Below the pieces are notes generated by a model, which worked only from the letters and a program-made list of their open reading frames with translations, was not told where the DNA came from and searched no databases. 64,000 nucleotides of DNA from Camelus dromedarius. Lineage: Eukaryota. The number at the start of each line of letters is the position of its first letter. Within the stretch, counting starts at the first letter, position 1. Made by a program: the position numbers and the translations under genes. This document shows, piece by piece, positions 1 to 12,620 of the stretch. The stretch is from positions 97,652,001 through 97,716,000 of the forward strand of contig NC_087437.1 of NCBI RefSeq assembly GCF_036321535.1, written 5' to 3'.

Positions 1-699
1 ATTTCACAAAAATCAAAGATTCTGAAAGAAGAAAAGACAATCTACCTGTTCTGAATGCATTTTTAAAAGCTCATAATTCCTAACTCAATACATTGTCTAC
101 AGGCTTAAAGTACAACATAAAAATAAAGATAGTAGGTAAATCAGCAGAGGATCTCCACTTGATCTAATCCTTAAAGTTTTCCATATTTTTTTTCAATGAA
201 AGAGATATGCATTTACATCTCAGAAAATGAAATATACTATTTTGACCAACACAGAGGAGAAACAGGAATATACTTCAGTACTACAAAAGTGACCTGTCAC
301 TAGAACATACCATGGCTTACCATCTTTTTCATCCACTGGCTAAAATTTTCACCCCTAGAGTCATTCCTTTGAATGTGCTGGGGAATTGCTACTAAAATCA
401 AATACATTTGGTAGAGGAGTAGATAAATTTTTAACCTACTAAATCATTCACTAAAATCTAACATGCACTTACAGATTTATCCACTTACTTTATATGACAA
501 GTATGTCTGAGGGTCTGTTATGCACAAGAAAATGTGGAATCATCTTGTAAAACAGAGGCTACTTGAAGGAATGAGAGGTAAACTGTGATCACAAGAATGA
601 AAAGATAGCAAAGCAGGAGGGGACTTCACGGAAAACAGGTCAGGAAGTATTAGGATTTGGGAGAGTGTGAGCAAGCCTGGTGGGGGCTGATATTTTAGA

Positions 700-860
700 A
701 AAACCTGAGTTAATTTAATGGCTGTGGTTCTCTGTTTCCTCATCTGCAAAATGAGAGAAATAATGCTAATTACTTCATAGCTCATTGTGAGGATTAATGA
801 ATCTATGAAAACAAAACACATAGAATAGTTGTGATACATAGTATGAATTAAGTCTTTGCT
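700..860 (+). mobile_element. MIR SINE fragment
   Basis: MIR core 'ctctgtttcctcatctgcaaaatgagagaaataatg...ttgtgaggattaatga'. Confidence 0.8.
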
Positions 861-1029
861 ATTACTATATGAAGAAACTGACAACCTCCAGAAATAGTAA
901 GATATGGCCACTTAAAGGCAAGATATCAGGAAGCAAGCCTCAAAGTTCACTTTGACAATTGGCTGAGGGCTGCCTGGAAAAGACAGTCCAATTAATGTTA
1001 CAAGTAGATACTGTTTTAGGATCATTCCC

Positions 1030-1240
1030 TCCCCTCTGACCTCCTCTAACACTTTGCCTGCGTGTTTTATTGCACTTTTCAGTTTCTCTGTTGAACTGCA
1101 GTTACTTGCATAAAGTCTTTTAGATTCCTATAAAAATAAAGTTTGTAATGGGATTCTTAAGGAGCTAGGTCAAAGTTATCTTTCTACCATCTACAGCAAG
1201 TAACCCAGCAGTAGTAACCCAATGTTTATTGAATGAATAA
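1030..1240 (+). mobile_element. L2 LINE 3' end fragment
   Basis: Ends in the L2 tail 'aatgtttattgaatgaataaa'. Confidence 0.6.
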
Positions 1241-1424
1241 ACAGGAAGATTATTTGAATTTTTTCTTTGCTGATTTTTAGTCTGAATTATACCATTAATG
1301 GTGAGAACAAATGCTAAGTGGTGAGGATATATGGATTAATATTTAAATCTATAACTTAGTTTTATTTGGGAAACTGACATACTTCCACTTCTAATACAAT
1401 CATGACCTTCTATATATGGAGATT

Positions 1425-1570
1425 TGCTCCTGCACAAAAGTCATCTGTCTGTGGACCAACAGCATCAGCATCCCCTGGAACTTCTCAGAAACCACGCCTA
1501 CTGAATCAGAATTTGTATTTTGACAAGACCCAAATGATTCATATATACATTTAACCTTGAGAAGCACTGT
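1425..1570. mobile_element. MER5A-like hAT-Charlie MITE
   Basis: 'ggaccaacagcatcagcatcccctggaactt...cctactgaatcagaa...ttgagaagcactg' resembles the recalled MER5A consensus. Confidence 0.8.
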
Positions 1571-1689
1571 TCTACAATTCCCTTTATTTCCAAATTGCAT
1601 TGTCAAGGAAAGAATATACCATAAGCGTGGTAATAACAATGGTAATATTAATAAAAATACAACTAATGTTTAATAATCTTATGACTCCT

Positions 1690-1880
1690 ATAATCCCCTT
1701 CTTTCAGACACCAAGTCTTTTATATAATACTTGTTATAATTCTACGGAGTTGCCATTCATAGCATCCACTAAACTAAGACTCAGAAATTTTAAGTAACTT
1801 CCCCACAGAGCTAGTAACTCACAGACAAGATTATTAAACCTTGGCTTGGGCTACCAGAGTCCAAGCTCTGTTTAACTCAT
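1690..1880 (-). mobile_element. MIR SINE fragment
   Basis: 'aaactaagactcagaaattttaagtaacttccccacagagctagtaa' matches antisense MIR core. Confidence 0.65.
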
Positions 1881-4479
1881 GGTTAACACATGAACTTCCA
1901 CCTTTTACTTCCTGACTGCGGTTTCCTTTCAATTTCATTAACTTTATTTATACATGATTGATTTTTTTAAGCCTCTCCAACAATTTTTGGAAGACAGTGT
2001 ATCATGGATTAATAAGGGAAATATCAAATATTATCCATGAGAAATTTTAATGAAGTAGCTCCAAAAATATTTAAATACTTAAAAGAAACAGAGTATTTGT
2101 TTTCAACATTTTTTGTCACAAAGCATTCAGCACAAAAGCAAGGTAGTCTTTCTACTTAGAATTTCCAACTTGCATTTCCCTGATGGAATAAGATTATGAA
2201 AAAGTGACAAAAAGTGCAAAAACCAAGAAGCTAAGAATTGCTATACAAGAAAAAAAATGAGCATAAATATACCATATGAATGACATCTACAAGAATCATG
2301 GGAATCCTATTTGGTATTTAGTTATTATGACCACAAAGAAGTGTCTGTACAATTCACTGTGCATTATGAGACAATAAATCACCTCATTAGGCTTGGAGAT
2401 ATGTAAAGATTTACAGTCTAGGAAAATCTACCAGATATTCTCACTTGCTTCTTAGGCTCTGCCTCCCCCAGTATTCCTCATTTCCCATAGGAAGGTGCAC
2501 ATGAAAAGCATTTACTTTAAACCCAGCAGTGAGTGGGACTTCAGTGTAGCCAGACATTTTAAAGGACAGATTGGCTTCTAAAGAGGTGGAGTTGTGACCT
2601 TGGTCTTTTTATTGGAGAGAAGTATTCCCTAGTTGTACTGTATATCCCCCAAGCACCCTTGTGTCGTTTCCTTTATGACTGCCTCCTGTCACATGACCCC
2701 TCCTCCACTCTATCAGTTGGTTTCTGAGGAAACTGCATAAAACCCACAAAGGAAGCTGAGAAAAATGTCAAACATTAGAGCAGGAGAATTCCATGTTGTT
2801 AATATTTTCACATGGAAGTCAATATGCAATTAAAGACACTGCCCTTTACCACCTAGAGCAGACATCCAAGAATCTTAAAAGTAGAAAGGCATTAAAAGAC
2901 CTAAAAACCAGGACTTGAAAAAGCCTTCTTATTAGAGATGAAAGAGATGAAGTTGGGACATACTAAGGAAATTGCCCAAGGTCACACAGCTAGCTAGACT
3001 GCAGAATTTTTTCTCTATAAAATGTTTTTTTTTTTTCAATCATGTCAATATGTTTCTAGTCCATTGTGGGGATACAATCTCCAATTCGGAAGCCTAATTT
3101 TCTCTGTGAATCCCCCTTACATCTCCAGCTTATTAATATCCCTTAGGAATATTACAGGAAATAATCAGCAGCACTCAGATGAATATTCTGAAATACACTT
3201 GTAAATTATATATATCGATGATTTAGGAACCTCAGAAACTAACAGACACCAGATAGGGTAAAATTATATTTGAACTTCCATGTGGCATAAATGACAACTT
3301 ATTCTCATTTGTATAGCTGTATTCTGTACATTTGAAAAAGGAATATTTCAATACATAAAATGTAAATACATAAAAATGAGGAATGAAGGAGTAAGTAAAA
3401 ATAACCAGGCCGAAAAACAGCACAGTGTTATCCTCAGCAGATCCTAAAAGGATTCTCATTCTGAAGAAATAGGAGAACTTGAAGATAGGAAGTGCCCTCA
3501 CCTAGCTGTACTGATAATGGTATGTATCTTTAAAAGGCTTTTAGAGAAGACGGAAATATTTCATTTTATATTCAGTTAAATGCTATGGTGGTGTTTCTTA
3601 ACTATGAGCTATTTTTAAAATTCCCATAATCTATAGATGACAAAATTATATAAGTATGGAGGAAAAGGATAAGCCTTACAAAGGTGATAATACAACTCTG
3701 TTTTCAAATGTAAGATTATTTCTAAGCACGCATTTGCTCATCATACTGATGTGTATTTAAATTATTTGTCACCTACACCTGTGAAAGTGGCTAAAGCAAT
3801 CCTCCACAAGAAGATGGGTTTTTCTTGCAGGCAAATATTTTTTTCATATAGTTCTTAAACATTTCCAGTTTCATTTTACTTGAAAAATACTTTTGTGATA
3901 TTTTTATAATTACTAGAACTCTGGCTGCATATATAATTAAAAGGATGTTATTTCAAAATGGTATTTATTTGTATGTATTGTAAACCTCTGAACTTTCAAT
4001 CAATTAATATTTTCTTTGTCAACAAAGTTGTTTTCCATATATTCATCATTTGGAATGCATTGCCTTAGTGTGAAGCTCGGTAGTTAAATTTAAAATTTTT
4101 GAGTTGGCTTTTACATGAAATTATGAAAAGTAAGTAAAGTGAAAAATGGAAACAAGTTTTAAATAAAATTTTATTTACAACTAAGACCAAAGGAATATAT
4201 AAAACATCTAAAATAATTAGAACTATTTAAATAAACGAGGTATTACCTAATGAGCGAAATACCCTTTGGCTCACTAGATGGCTTTGACAGGTTGCTTAGT
4301 TTCCGAGCTTCAGTTTGCTCATCTCTATAATGGAAAGATTGGACTGGATACTACTTTATGTTCTACTGAACTCTGTAAAACTATTTAACAAAATTCCATT
4401 TGTACTCTTCTTCTCCATCTTACTCTATACAATTGTCCCTGTTCTACTGTAAGTACCTTCCCATGGACCCCAGAGCACA

Positions 4480-5385
4480 GCCTCTATTAACTCTTCCAGA
4501 GAATCCAGAAGTCCTCCTGCTGTCATGGAGTCATCTCATGAATGGCCCCATTATGCACCTAGTTTTTCAACCCCAATTGCAAGGAATACTCACTTTTCAT
4601 CCCTTCCTTCACCGTCTTCCTACCTGCAACCAATCAGCAGTCCTACCATTTCAAACTTGTAAGCACATCTCTAATGCATCCATTCAGCTTTAACTCTATA
4701 GTAAGCACTAGCCCAAACCACTGTCAACCCCTACGTTCAATATACCAATGGGTCCCTAGCACGTCTGCATATTTCCACTTTCCCCCCTCCTCCACCCCTA
4801 TTCTCTATATGGCAAAGAGAGTAATCATTTTTTTTTCTAAGTAATTACATCATGTCACTGCCCTGGTTAAATATCTCTGAAGTTTCCTAATGCTTGTGGA
4901 AGAAAAACCACACCTAAACCTGAGTCCCTAGCCCTCACCATATCTACAACCTCACATCATGCCATCTCTCCTTTGTTTATTATGCTCCAGCCACAATGAA
5001 CTTCAGGTACCAATACACAAGTATTCTCCTGGCACAGGGCCTTGGCAAGTGCTTTTTCACTTTTTTTTTGGAATTCTCTTTGTATCTTTTCATCTTTCAG
5101 TCTTCAGCTTACATGTCATTTTCTCAAAGTAGCCTTTCTGGATCCTACCTTATCTCACTGTATCTTCAACCCACTCCTGCCCTCAATTTTTATTTCTATT
5201 ACATTTCTCTTCATAATATACATTTTAATACATGTCTTGTGTATTTATGTGATTACTGATTTTTATTTAGGAGAGCCTTTTCAATAATATAGTATTATGT
5301 CAGGGCTCTACCCCATTGTCATCAACACTTAATGACCAGCACTTGGCACAGGATCTGGTACACAAATGCTTATTGACTAGACAAT
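4480..5385 (+). mobile_element. L2 LINE 3' portion
   Basis: Pyrimidine-rich L2 motifs ('tatgctccagccacaatgaacttc', 'cagggccttggcaagtgct', 'ttcagtcttcagcttacatgtca') ending 'aaatgcttattgact'. Confidence 0.8.
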
Positions 5386-5529
5386 GAGCCTCACAAAGAT
5401 AAAATCAAGTAAACCTTGGGGAGTGGTAGGCATGTTCTTTGTCCTCTTGTGCTCCAGGCAAAAATGGATTCAGGCTATGTAAGAAAAATATATTCAACTA
5501 TATTATTACAAAAAGAATTCTTTTTAAAT

Positions 5530-5930
5530 CTTATTCCAGGTTTGACTGGGTTATGCAGGAATCTGAAATGAACACGAGGGTACAGAAAGGTTGTCAAGAA
5601 GTGTCCTTAAGATTAAAACCTGTAGAAAGGAAAAGAAAGAAGCAATACTGAACAGAGGGAGAAGATGAAGAGTGATACAACCTCAACACAGTCCTCAACC
5701 AACTTACAGGGAGTCCTGGAGCTGAGACGCATCTCAGGGGTGTCTGAATTGGGATTCATACCTCATACATCCATCAGTCACGAATGAAGGCTGCCCTGTG
5801 AGGGGACATGACCATGGGTGAGGCAGTGGCTCTCAGCAGGAAGGAAGTTCTAGAAGGTTCTTTGTCTACAACACTCCAGGCAGCTGGGATAACGAGTCCT
5901 TCATTCATGATGGGCATCAAGTGCAAAATA
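5530..5930 (-). mobile_element. ERVL solo LTR, LTR16-like
   Basis: 'cagagggagaagatgaagagtgatacaa...gggagtcctggagctgag...acaacactccaggcagctggga' resembles antisense LTR16-type consensus (recalled). Confidence 0.7.
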
Positions 5931-7199
5931 TGAGAACCTTGTATAATCATGATACATTTCATCTATTTGAGTCATAATTAAATCAGAATGGGTTATTTTT
6001 TTTCTCCCTGCAAGCCACATTAGCTCACAAATACAGCATTTGAAAACTCAGTAGTGGATAAAATTCTCGGTGATAGTAGGAAAACTTTATTATATTCCTA
6101 GAATTGACATTAAATATTTAAGCAATAAATACATAGATGAATCTCTGGATTCGTTTGCCCATCTAAAAAATCTGGAAGCTCAGAGAAGCTGAATTATGAA
6201 GTTCTAATTTTCAAAGCACTGTTATAGAAAGATTTTTATTTGCAATAAAATTAGTAAAATTGTTAACACTCTCTTAAATTATTTTATTGTATTTGTATTA
6301 TTGAATTATTTTATTGTATTTGTATTTTATGCTAGCCATCAACTACGTAAGAGACAAAATACAACTCTTGAGAAGAATGGTGGTATTTCTTACTTATAAA
6401 ACATCTTTCCCTGAGTCACATCAAAATGAACTAAACTAGTCACCAAATCAAGAAAACAAGTTTACTCAGAAACAAAGAAAGAAAACTTTATTTAAACTCA
6501 CAAAATGGTGAGCAAATACAATCAGCTTGGACAAACCTGAAAGCTAAAGCTGGACCCTGAAAACTTTGCTAGTGACCTCGTTCTTCTCCCCAGATGCTTT
6601 TTAAAGATTTTTCCTTTAATCTTGTCATTTAATCTGTTTACTAGAATTTTTCATAGTAGCTATTTCTTAGGTTTTGTCTCAGAATCCTCAATGCCGGAAG
6701 GCAAATGAAAAGAAGCCTACATAGTTTTAATGTGAGAACACAAAATTCTATGCCCAGTGCAGTTGTCATCTATATTTTCCAGATCATGGAAAAACACTGC
6801 TCAGTAAGAATGAAAATCAGGAAGCTTATCCACATACAATTCTCCTCTTGAAGATGAGAAATCGACCAAAATAAATAACTCACAAGTGTGTTATGGTAAA
6901 AATATTAATATTAATATTGTATTAATAAATAGAATTGTCTTTTTTAAAGGATTCTACTTAGTTGGAATAAAACAGGATATAATTTTCTATGGTCAAGAGT
7001 TCAATATGTATTTATCCTTAAGGAAGGAGCAGAAAAGACATATATGTAAACATTCTTCGTTGTATAAAATATTGTTTTATTCTTATGTTGAAATTTTAAA
7101 CGTTTAAATATATAATTTAGAAGTGTAAATAATCATTAAAAACTTATACCCTTAAACTCATTCAAACTCAATCATTAAACTTAATCATTTAAACTCCTC

Positions 7200-7865
7200 T
7201 CCTTTCAAATTACTGGGAAATGGCAAAAAATACAGCATAGCAATGAAACAATATGGCATAGATGGAGTCCAAATGGAAAGAAAATGTGTTAAAAAATAGA
7301 AAATAAACTCATATGCCAGAAATTTGACAAAACTACCTATAAAAACAAATGGGGAAATAAACTTATTTAGGAAAAAACAGACTATGAAAGTGTATTGTAA
7401 AAACACACAATAACTATTTTCTGTGAACCCAGTAATGGTAACAAAAGCAAAACATAAGATGATGGTCAAAGATATATATAATACGAGAAATACACAAAGA
7501 AAGCAAGGAGAGATTGAAACAACAGTTTCAGAAAACCTATACTGTTGAAAGATAAAATCCATAAGTATATAATAAATAATCTTCACGTCCCAAGTAAGAC
7601 AGTGTTGAAACATATAAAACAAAACAAATAAAATCCAGAAATACAAGGAAAAATGAAACATGACAGTACAGATTTAACTCTCTCAGAGATGACGTAGAAA
7701 AATCAGATAAAGAATTCCTGAATAATGACATCAGTAAGCATCATCCAACAGCTACATATTAAACTCCGTAGAGGACCTCCATCTTCCTTCCAAGTACTGA
7801 CAGTATAATGACGCAAGTACCCCTATACTGGGCCACAAAGAAGAAACTTCAACAGGTGCCCAGAA
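7200..7865 (+). mobile_element. Ancient L1 (L1M-type) fragment, ORF2 endonuclease region, decayed
   Basis: Very A-rich; ends 'tatactgggccacaaagaagaaacttcaaca', the ILGHK..LN motif of the L1 endonuclease; many stops. Confidence 0.7.
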
Positions 7866-9089
7866 TAAACAAGCACATGTGTAGAACACGTAAAATTCTC
7901 ATGCAGTAGTTAAGAGGACGTTTCTGTTTGTGCTCACAAATTTACTTAGAAGGAGAGGGCCTCCTGGGGCTGAGACCCTTTATGCCTTTGCGGGTTCCAG
8001 TTATCATAACTTAGCTGATGACCTAGGCTGTGATGCCTGACCAAGACCAGGTGGAAGGAAAAGACAGGCCTCGTAGAGAACTAATTCATTGTAAGAATAG
8101 GAAAAGAATAATTTAGTAATTGGCTTCTCTGACCCGAAACCTGGATGGAGAGGAAATTCTAGATTGATAAATGCAGAGCAACTGACACCACAGTCTCTTC
8201 CAGTCCAACCACTGCACCGGCAGGGTTGTGAGCCTAGGAAACGGACGCGAAGTGAAATGAAAGAGCATGACTAAATCAGGTAACACCGGGAGCCCGGCTG
8301 TGGCATGGAGCCTCATTACTTACACGTGACATAGAAACCCCTGTGCCGAGGAGCACGTGTGTGGCCCAGGTGTGCTCGTCTCTTTTGACTAAAATAGTTT
8401 TATCAGCAGGCAACATTAAGACTTTTTTTTTAATGGCTGCTATAGCAAGTTCTAGAAATTATGAGTGACACACTTACATGGAAAAAATATTCAAAAGCCA
8501 TGCTTCTTACTGGGAACATTGAATCTCGTTTTTCAAAATTACACAGCACAACAGAAAATCATTAGTAATGTCTTTTATATTTCATGAAAAGGCATTGGCA
8601 GAAAGTAAGGAAAGCAGTCTTTATTGGAATTGAGGAAAAAATGAAATCTAATGTCTTTTGACATTAATCAAGAGTAAATTTGGGAGAGCTCAAAATGTCA
8701 CTGATACTTTTTAGCTAAATCTTAAGTGGCTCTGAATATTTACTTTTAATGGAGGAAAGCCAGTACATGAATCTAAAAGGAGTTTATTAAACAAATGTCA
8801 CTTTAATTTGCTTCTAGAATATCTTGATGTGACCTTCTGGTGTTTGATTCATCATCCTTATTTTGTTTTCTTCATGCTAAAATTAAGATAAGCTCATTTT
8901 AAAGGGCAGGAAATGTTGGTAGTTGGAGGGGCTGCTGGTTGGTTACTTTACAAGAGTAGCAGGGGGAAGCCAGTGAGGGATTAAGAAAAACTATACCAAG
9001 TAGGCATTTGATATCCATTTTCAATATTGAAAGACAAAACTGTTAATAAAATTGACTTATCTTTTAAAAAAACCATGTTTCATTTCAAA

Positions 9090-9330
9090 GCATCTCCTCA
9101 CTTTATCACGACCCTGAAACTTTGATCCCAGGTAGAATTACTGGCTCTTTCCTTGGTGTTCTCACCTTGACTCTATACACACCTTTCAGAGCACATGTAA
9201 TAGTGTGTACTTCTTTTTTAACATACCAACTTATGCAACAACTATATTATAAACCCCTTGAAGACATGTCTTAGTCATCTTTCTATCCACAATGCTTCTA
9301 TATAAAAATATGGAAAGAATGAATGTTTTA
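9090..9330 (+). mobile_element. L2 3' fragment
   Basis: 'taaaccccttgaagacatgtcttagtcatctttctatcc...gaatgaatg'. Confidence 0.6.
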
Positions 9331-11869
9331 CCTAACTTCCTTGATTCCTATTTCTTCCACCACAAATATGCAAAGATTCTAACCTAAAGGTTCAGAATTT
9401 TATTTTGTTACTTAATGTATTGCTACATGGATCAGTTTTTAACATGTCCATCTGTATCTCCCCCTCATCAAGACAGTAACAAGAATTTATACTTTTGTAA
9501 ATGACAAAGGGTACCCTGCCTAAAACTTAGCATTGAAATTTTGGGATCATGAGTGAAATCTGGAGAAGAAATAACTATTTAAAAGCCATACATAATTTCA
9601 GTTTAGCATGAAGTAGATCCAAAGTCAATGGAAAGAATAGTGTTCCTGTTTTATGGGAAGTCCATAAACCAATCATTTCTTTATGAATAAATGAAACAAA
9701 TATGACCCATTATTTTGGAGGAAACTAGAATATTCTGATTGCAAGTATTTACGTCTGAAAATCTAGCTATTGAAGGTAGTTCAAATTGCTGTGCAATTGT
9801 TTTAACTGAGCTATTGTTCTGAAGATATTGCAACTTCATGGGGGTAATGTTTCTATTCTCCATATGGGATCAGACATGATAAACTGTGGCTATGGATTAT
9901 GGATGTTTGCTCCTTGTTCTCAGACACTTGCAGAGTTACCTACAGGAGATAAAGAACCAAGGGAAAGGGGGCTGCAGAAAAGACCCATAGCACTGGTCTT
10001 CATTCTCAGAGACTGAGAAAACAGAATCCGTTAATGGCAAAGCTTGGCCAGGACTGGACTGCTAAGAGCCTAAATGTATTTTCATTAGATGAGGGTGATT
10101 TCACAGGTTTGCCCTTCTGAAATTGGGATATGCTACCATAGTGAGTGGGATATGGTGGTGATATGGTATAAGATTTTTCTCTTAAAGGCCACTCATATTT
10201 TCTTTTTTAAATCATCTTGAGAAAAGATAGATCCCCAGAGAGGAGATGAGAATAGGGGAGGGAGGGCTTAGACTGATAGAAAAACAGTTTTCAATCTCCT
10301 TTGGATTCAAGTATTCCAAGCCCTCTGGTTGGTGGAGTTAACCTGCATCCTGCTAAATGGAGCAAGAGTTTCAGTACAGAGTTTTCCTGTTAAGCATCCT
10401 CTGACCTCACATAATTCACAAAGACCCCTATTTTAGTAATGTTCTCATAGCAGTGTGTACCTCCCTGCTCTACTTTGTTCACAGTTCAATTTGAATGATT
10501 AACATCTGATCCTCAACTGTGACTGTAACCAACATGATGGCAGGGAATGTTTCTGTTTTGTGTATCATTATATACATGGTGCTTTTCAGAGAAAAAATGA
10601 AACCTGAAACAGTTTTAATTTCCATAGTTACCTAATTAACGTGTTAACTTTTATAATTTGTTTGATGGACTATATGTGCAAGTAGTACTTGTAATTAGCA
10701 AAGGTCTTCAGAAAACATCTGTTAACGCCATATTTCAATAACAGAATTTCATCTTTAAGACCTTTCCTCTAAAGAAAAAGTGTTTTTCAAAAAATAATTG
10801 TTTTGACTATATCTTTACAGAAAACTTTCCCCGATGAGATCTCACAATGTCGAGTTAATCCATTATGAAATAAAATCAATATGAGATTGGGCCATGATGA
10901 ATCTGAGATGAATGGGTCAGGTTCCCATCAGTTAAGTGCTTACCCTTACCTAGCCCCTATGACTTCCTGAAGCTACTTTTCACTTAAAAGTATCATTAAG
11001 CAAATAATTTAGCAATGATAATATACGTTGTATCGAACTGGATGTACTGGATTACACTCTTATTTATCTAATTTTAGTATGACAGAGAAACATCAATATA
11101 AAAAGGGCTTCAGTCAACATACTCATACTCTTTAAAGATGGCAATACTTTAACAATATTAATGAGAGGCATCATTTATCTTATACAATATTTCAACATCT
11201 AAAACATTTAAAATGTTTCCTGTGTCTTGCTTTTTTTAAATTTTGTAATAGTTTTGTGAGAGTTCTAAGACATCTATTCTTGCTATGCAGTTATCTCACG
11301 CTTGTCCTGTGGAAATGTCTGGTGAATCCCAATTCATTCTGCATCTCCATTTTATGCCTTCCAGTTGAAAGCATTATCAGAGACTATTAAGTGTCCACTC
11401 AAGAAACACTTCACTGGTGAAGTAATGAAAGGAATAACCTTCCCCTCTTATCTTACAATAAAGAGAGCAGAAAACAAGAAAATAGGAAAATGAAAAATTG
11501 TTGCATTGTTCTATGAAGGCATCAATTGACCTCTTACAAAGTTCCTCCAAGAATTCTGCTCCTAAATTAACACAATCTGGTTAATTTATTCATTCACTCA
11601 TTTACCCTTTCAACAAGCATGTTGTAAGCATCTACTAAGAGTCAGATATGAGACTAATTAAAATATTAACTCAGCAACATGCCCTCCTTCCAGAATGTTA
11701 CGTGAAAGTATCTTTTGACCAAAATGATGGATTGTTCATTTGAATCACATTTGACAATGTCTAGGATATTAAGGCTGAGAAACATTAAAATGACCATTAA
11801 AGAAGATGGCTCCTTTTTTCAGTTTTTATAAACATGATAGGGGAAAAAAATCAATAATGAAAAAAAAAA

Positions 11870-12080
11870 GGTCTTCAGACATGGGAAAACCTGGTTTCCA
11901 ATTTCAACCCCACTATTTAAAAGTAGAGCCATCTCAGATAATTACTTAAACTCTCTGAACTCCAAGTTGTCATGTATAAGCAGACTAAAAATGCCTGTCT
12001 TGGTTTGTGGTAAAGATTAAATGAACTAAATATAAAATTATAAACATACTAACATATGGAATTATGTTGATAATTATTAT
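11870..12080 (+). mobile_element. MIR SINE
   Basis: 'acctggtttccaatttcaaccccacta...ttacttaaactctctgaactc...tgtggtaaagattaaatga'. Confidence 0.7.
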
Positions 12081-12089
12081 TTTTTCTGG

Positions 12090-12620
12090 TTATCAATTAT
12101 TGTATAATATCCTAATCTTAGTGGCATAAAAGGCCAAGCATGTAATGATGTTCAGGGTTCTGTGGGGCAGAAGTGTGACCAGGACAGGAGAAGAAGGCAG
12201 CTTGTCTCTAGAGGTCCACAAACTCTGGGGCCTCAGTTGGGAAGAGCCAAAAAGCTGGAATCGCCTAGAGACTTGTTCACTCATTTGTCTGGCACCTGAG
12301 CTGGAGTCACTGGAAGACTGAAATTATCACCGGGTGCACCTACATGTGTCCTTTTCATGGGGCTTAAGTTTCCCACAGCATGACAGCTGTGTCCCAGAAA
12401 GGTACACCTGAGACAAACCTTTCCAAGAGCAAGTATTCCAGGAGAACCAGGTGGACGTTGCATGACCTTTTATGATCTGGCCTAAGAAGACATATGGTGT
12501 CTCTTCCTCCTGAGCTGCCCCAAGTCCACCAAGACTTCTATAAATAGGAAATATAAACCCTACTTATCAAGAGGAAAATTTCAAAGAATTTCTCAGAAGC
12601 CAATTTATACAACTGCCACA
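12090..12620 (-). mobile_element. MaLR solo LTR (MLT1, MLT1H/G-like)
   Basis: 'ttcactcatttgtctggcacctgagctgg', 'ccaggtggacgttgcatgaccttttatgatctggcct', terminal 'tgccaca'. Confidence 0.8.

Noticed and set aside
6277..6326. 23-bp direct repeat (27-bp period)
   Set aside because: Two low-complexity copies from a slippage duplication; not a CRISPR-like or functional array
7185..7661. 158-aa hydrophobic ORF resembling a membrane protein
   Set aside because: It is the T-rich antisense strand of an A-rich old L1 fragment; the F/I/L bias is compositional
9681..9940. Protein-like minus-strand ORF behind a good acceptor (tctcctgtag)
   Set aside because: All frames from the acceptor stop early; the 60-aa ORF has no matching donor and no recognised homologue
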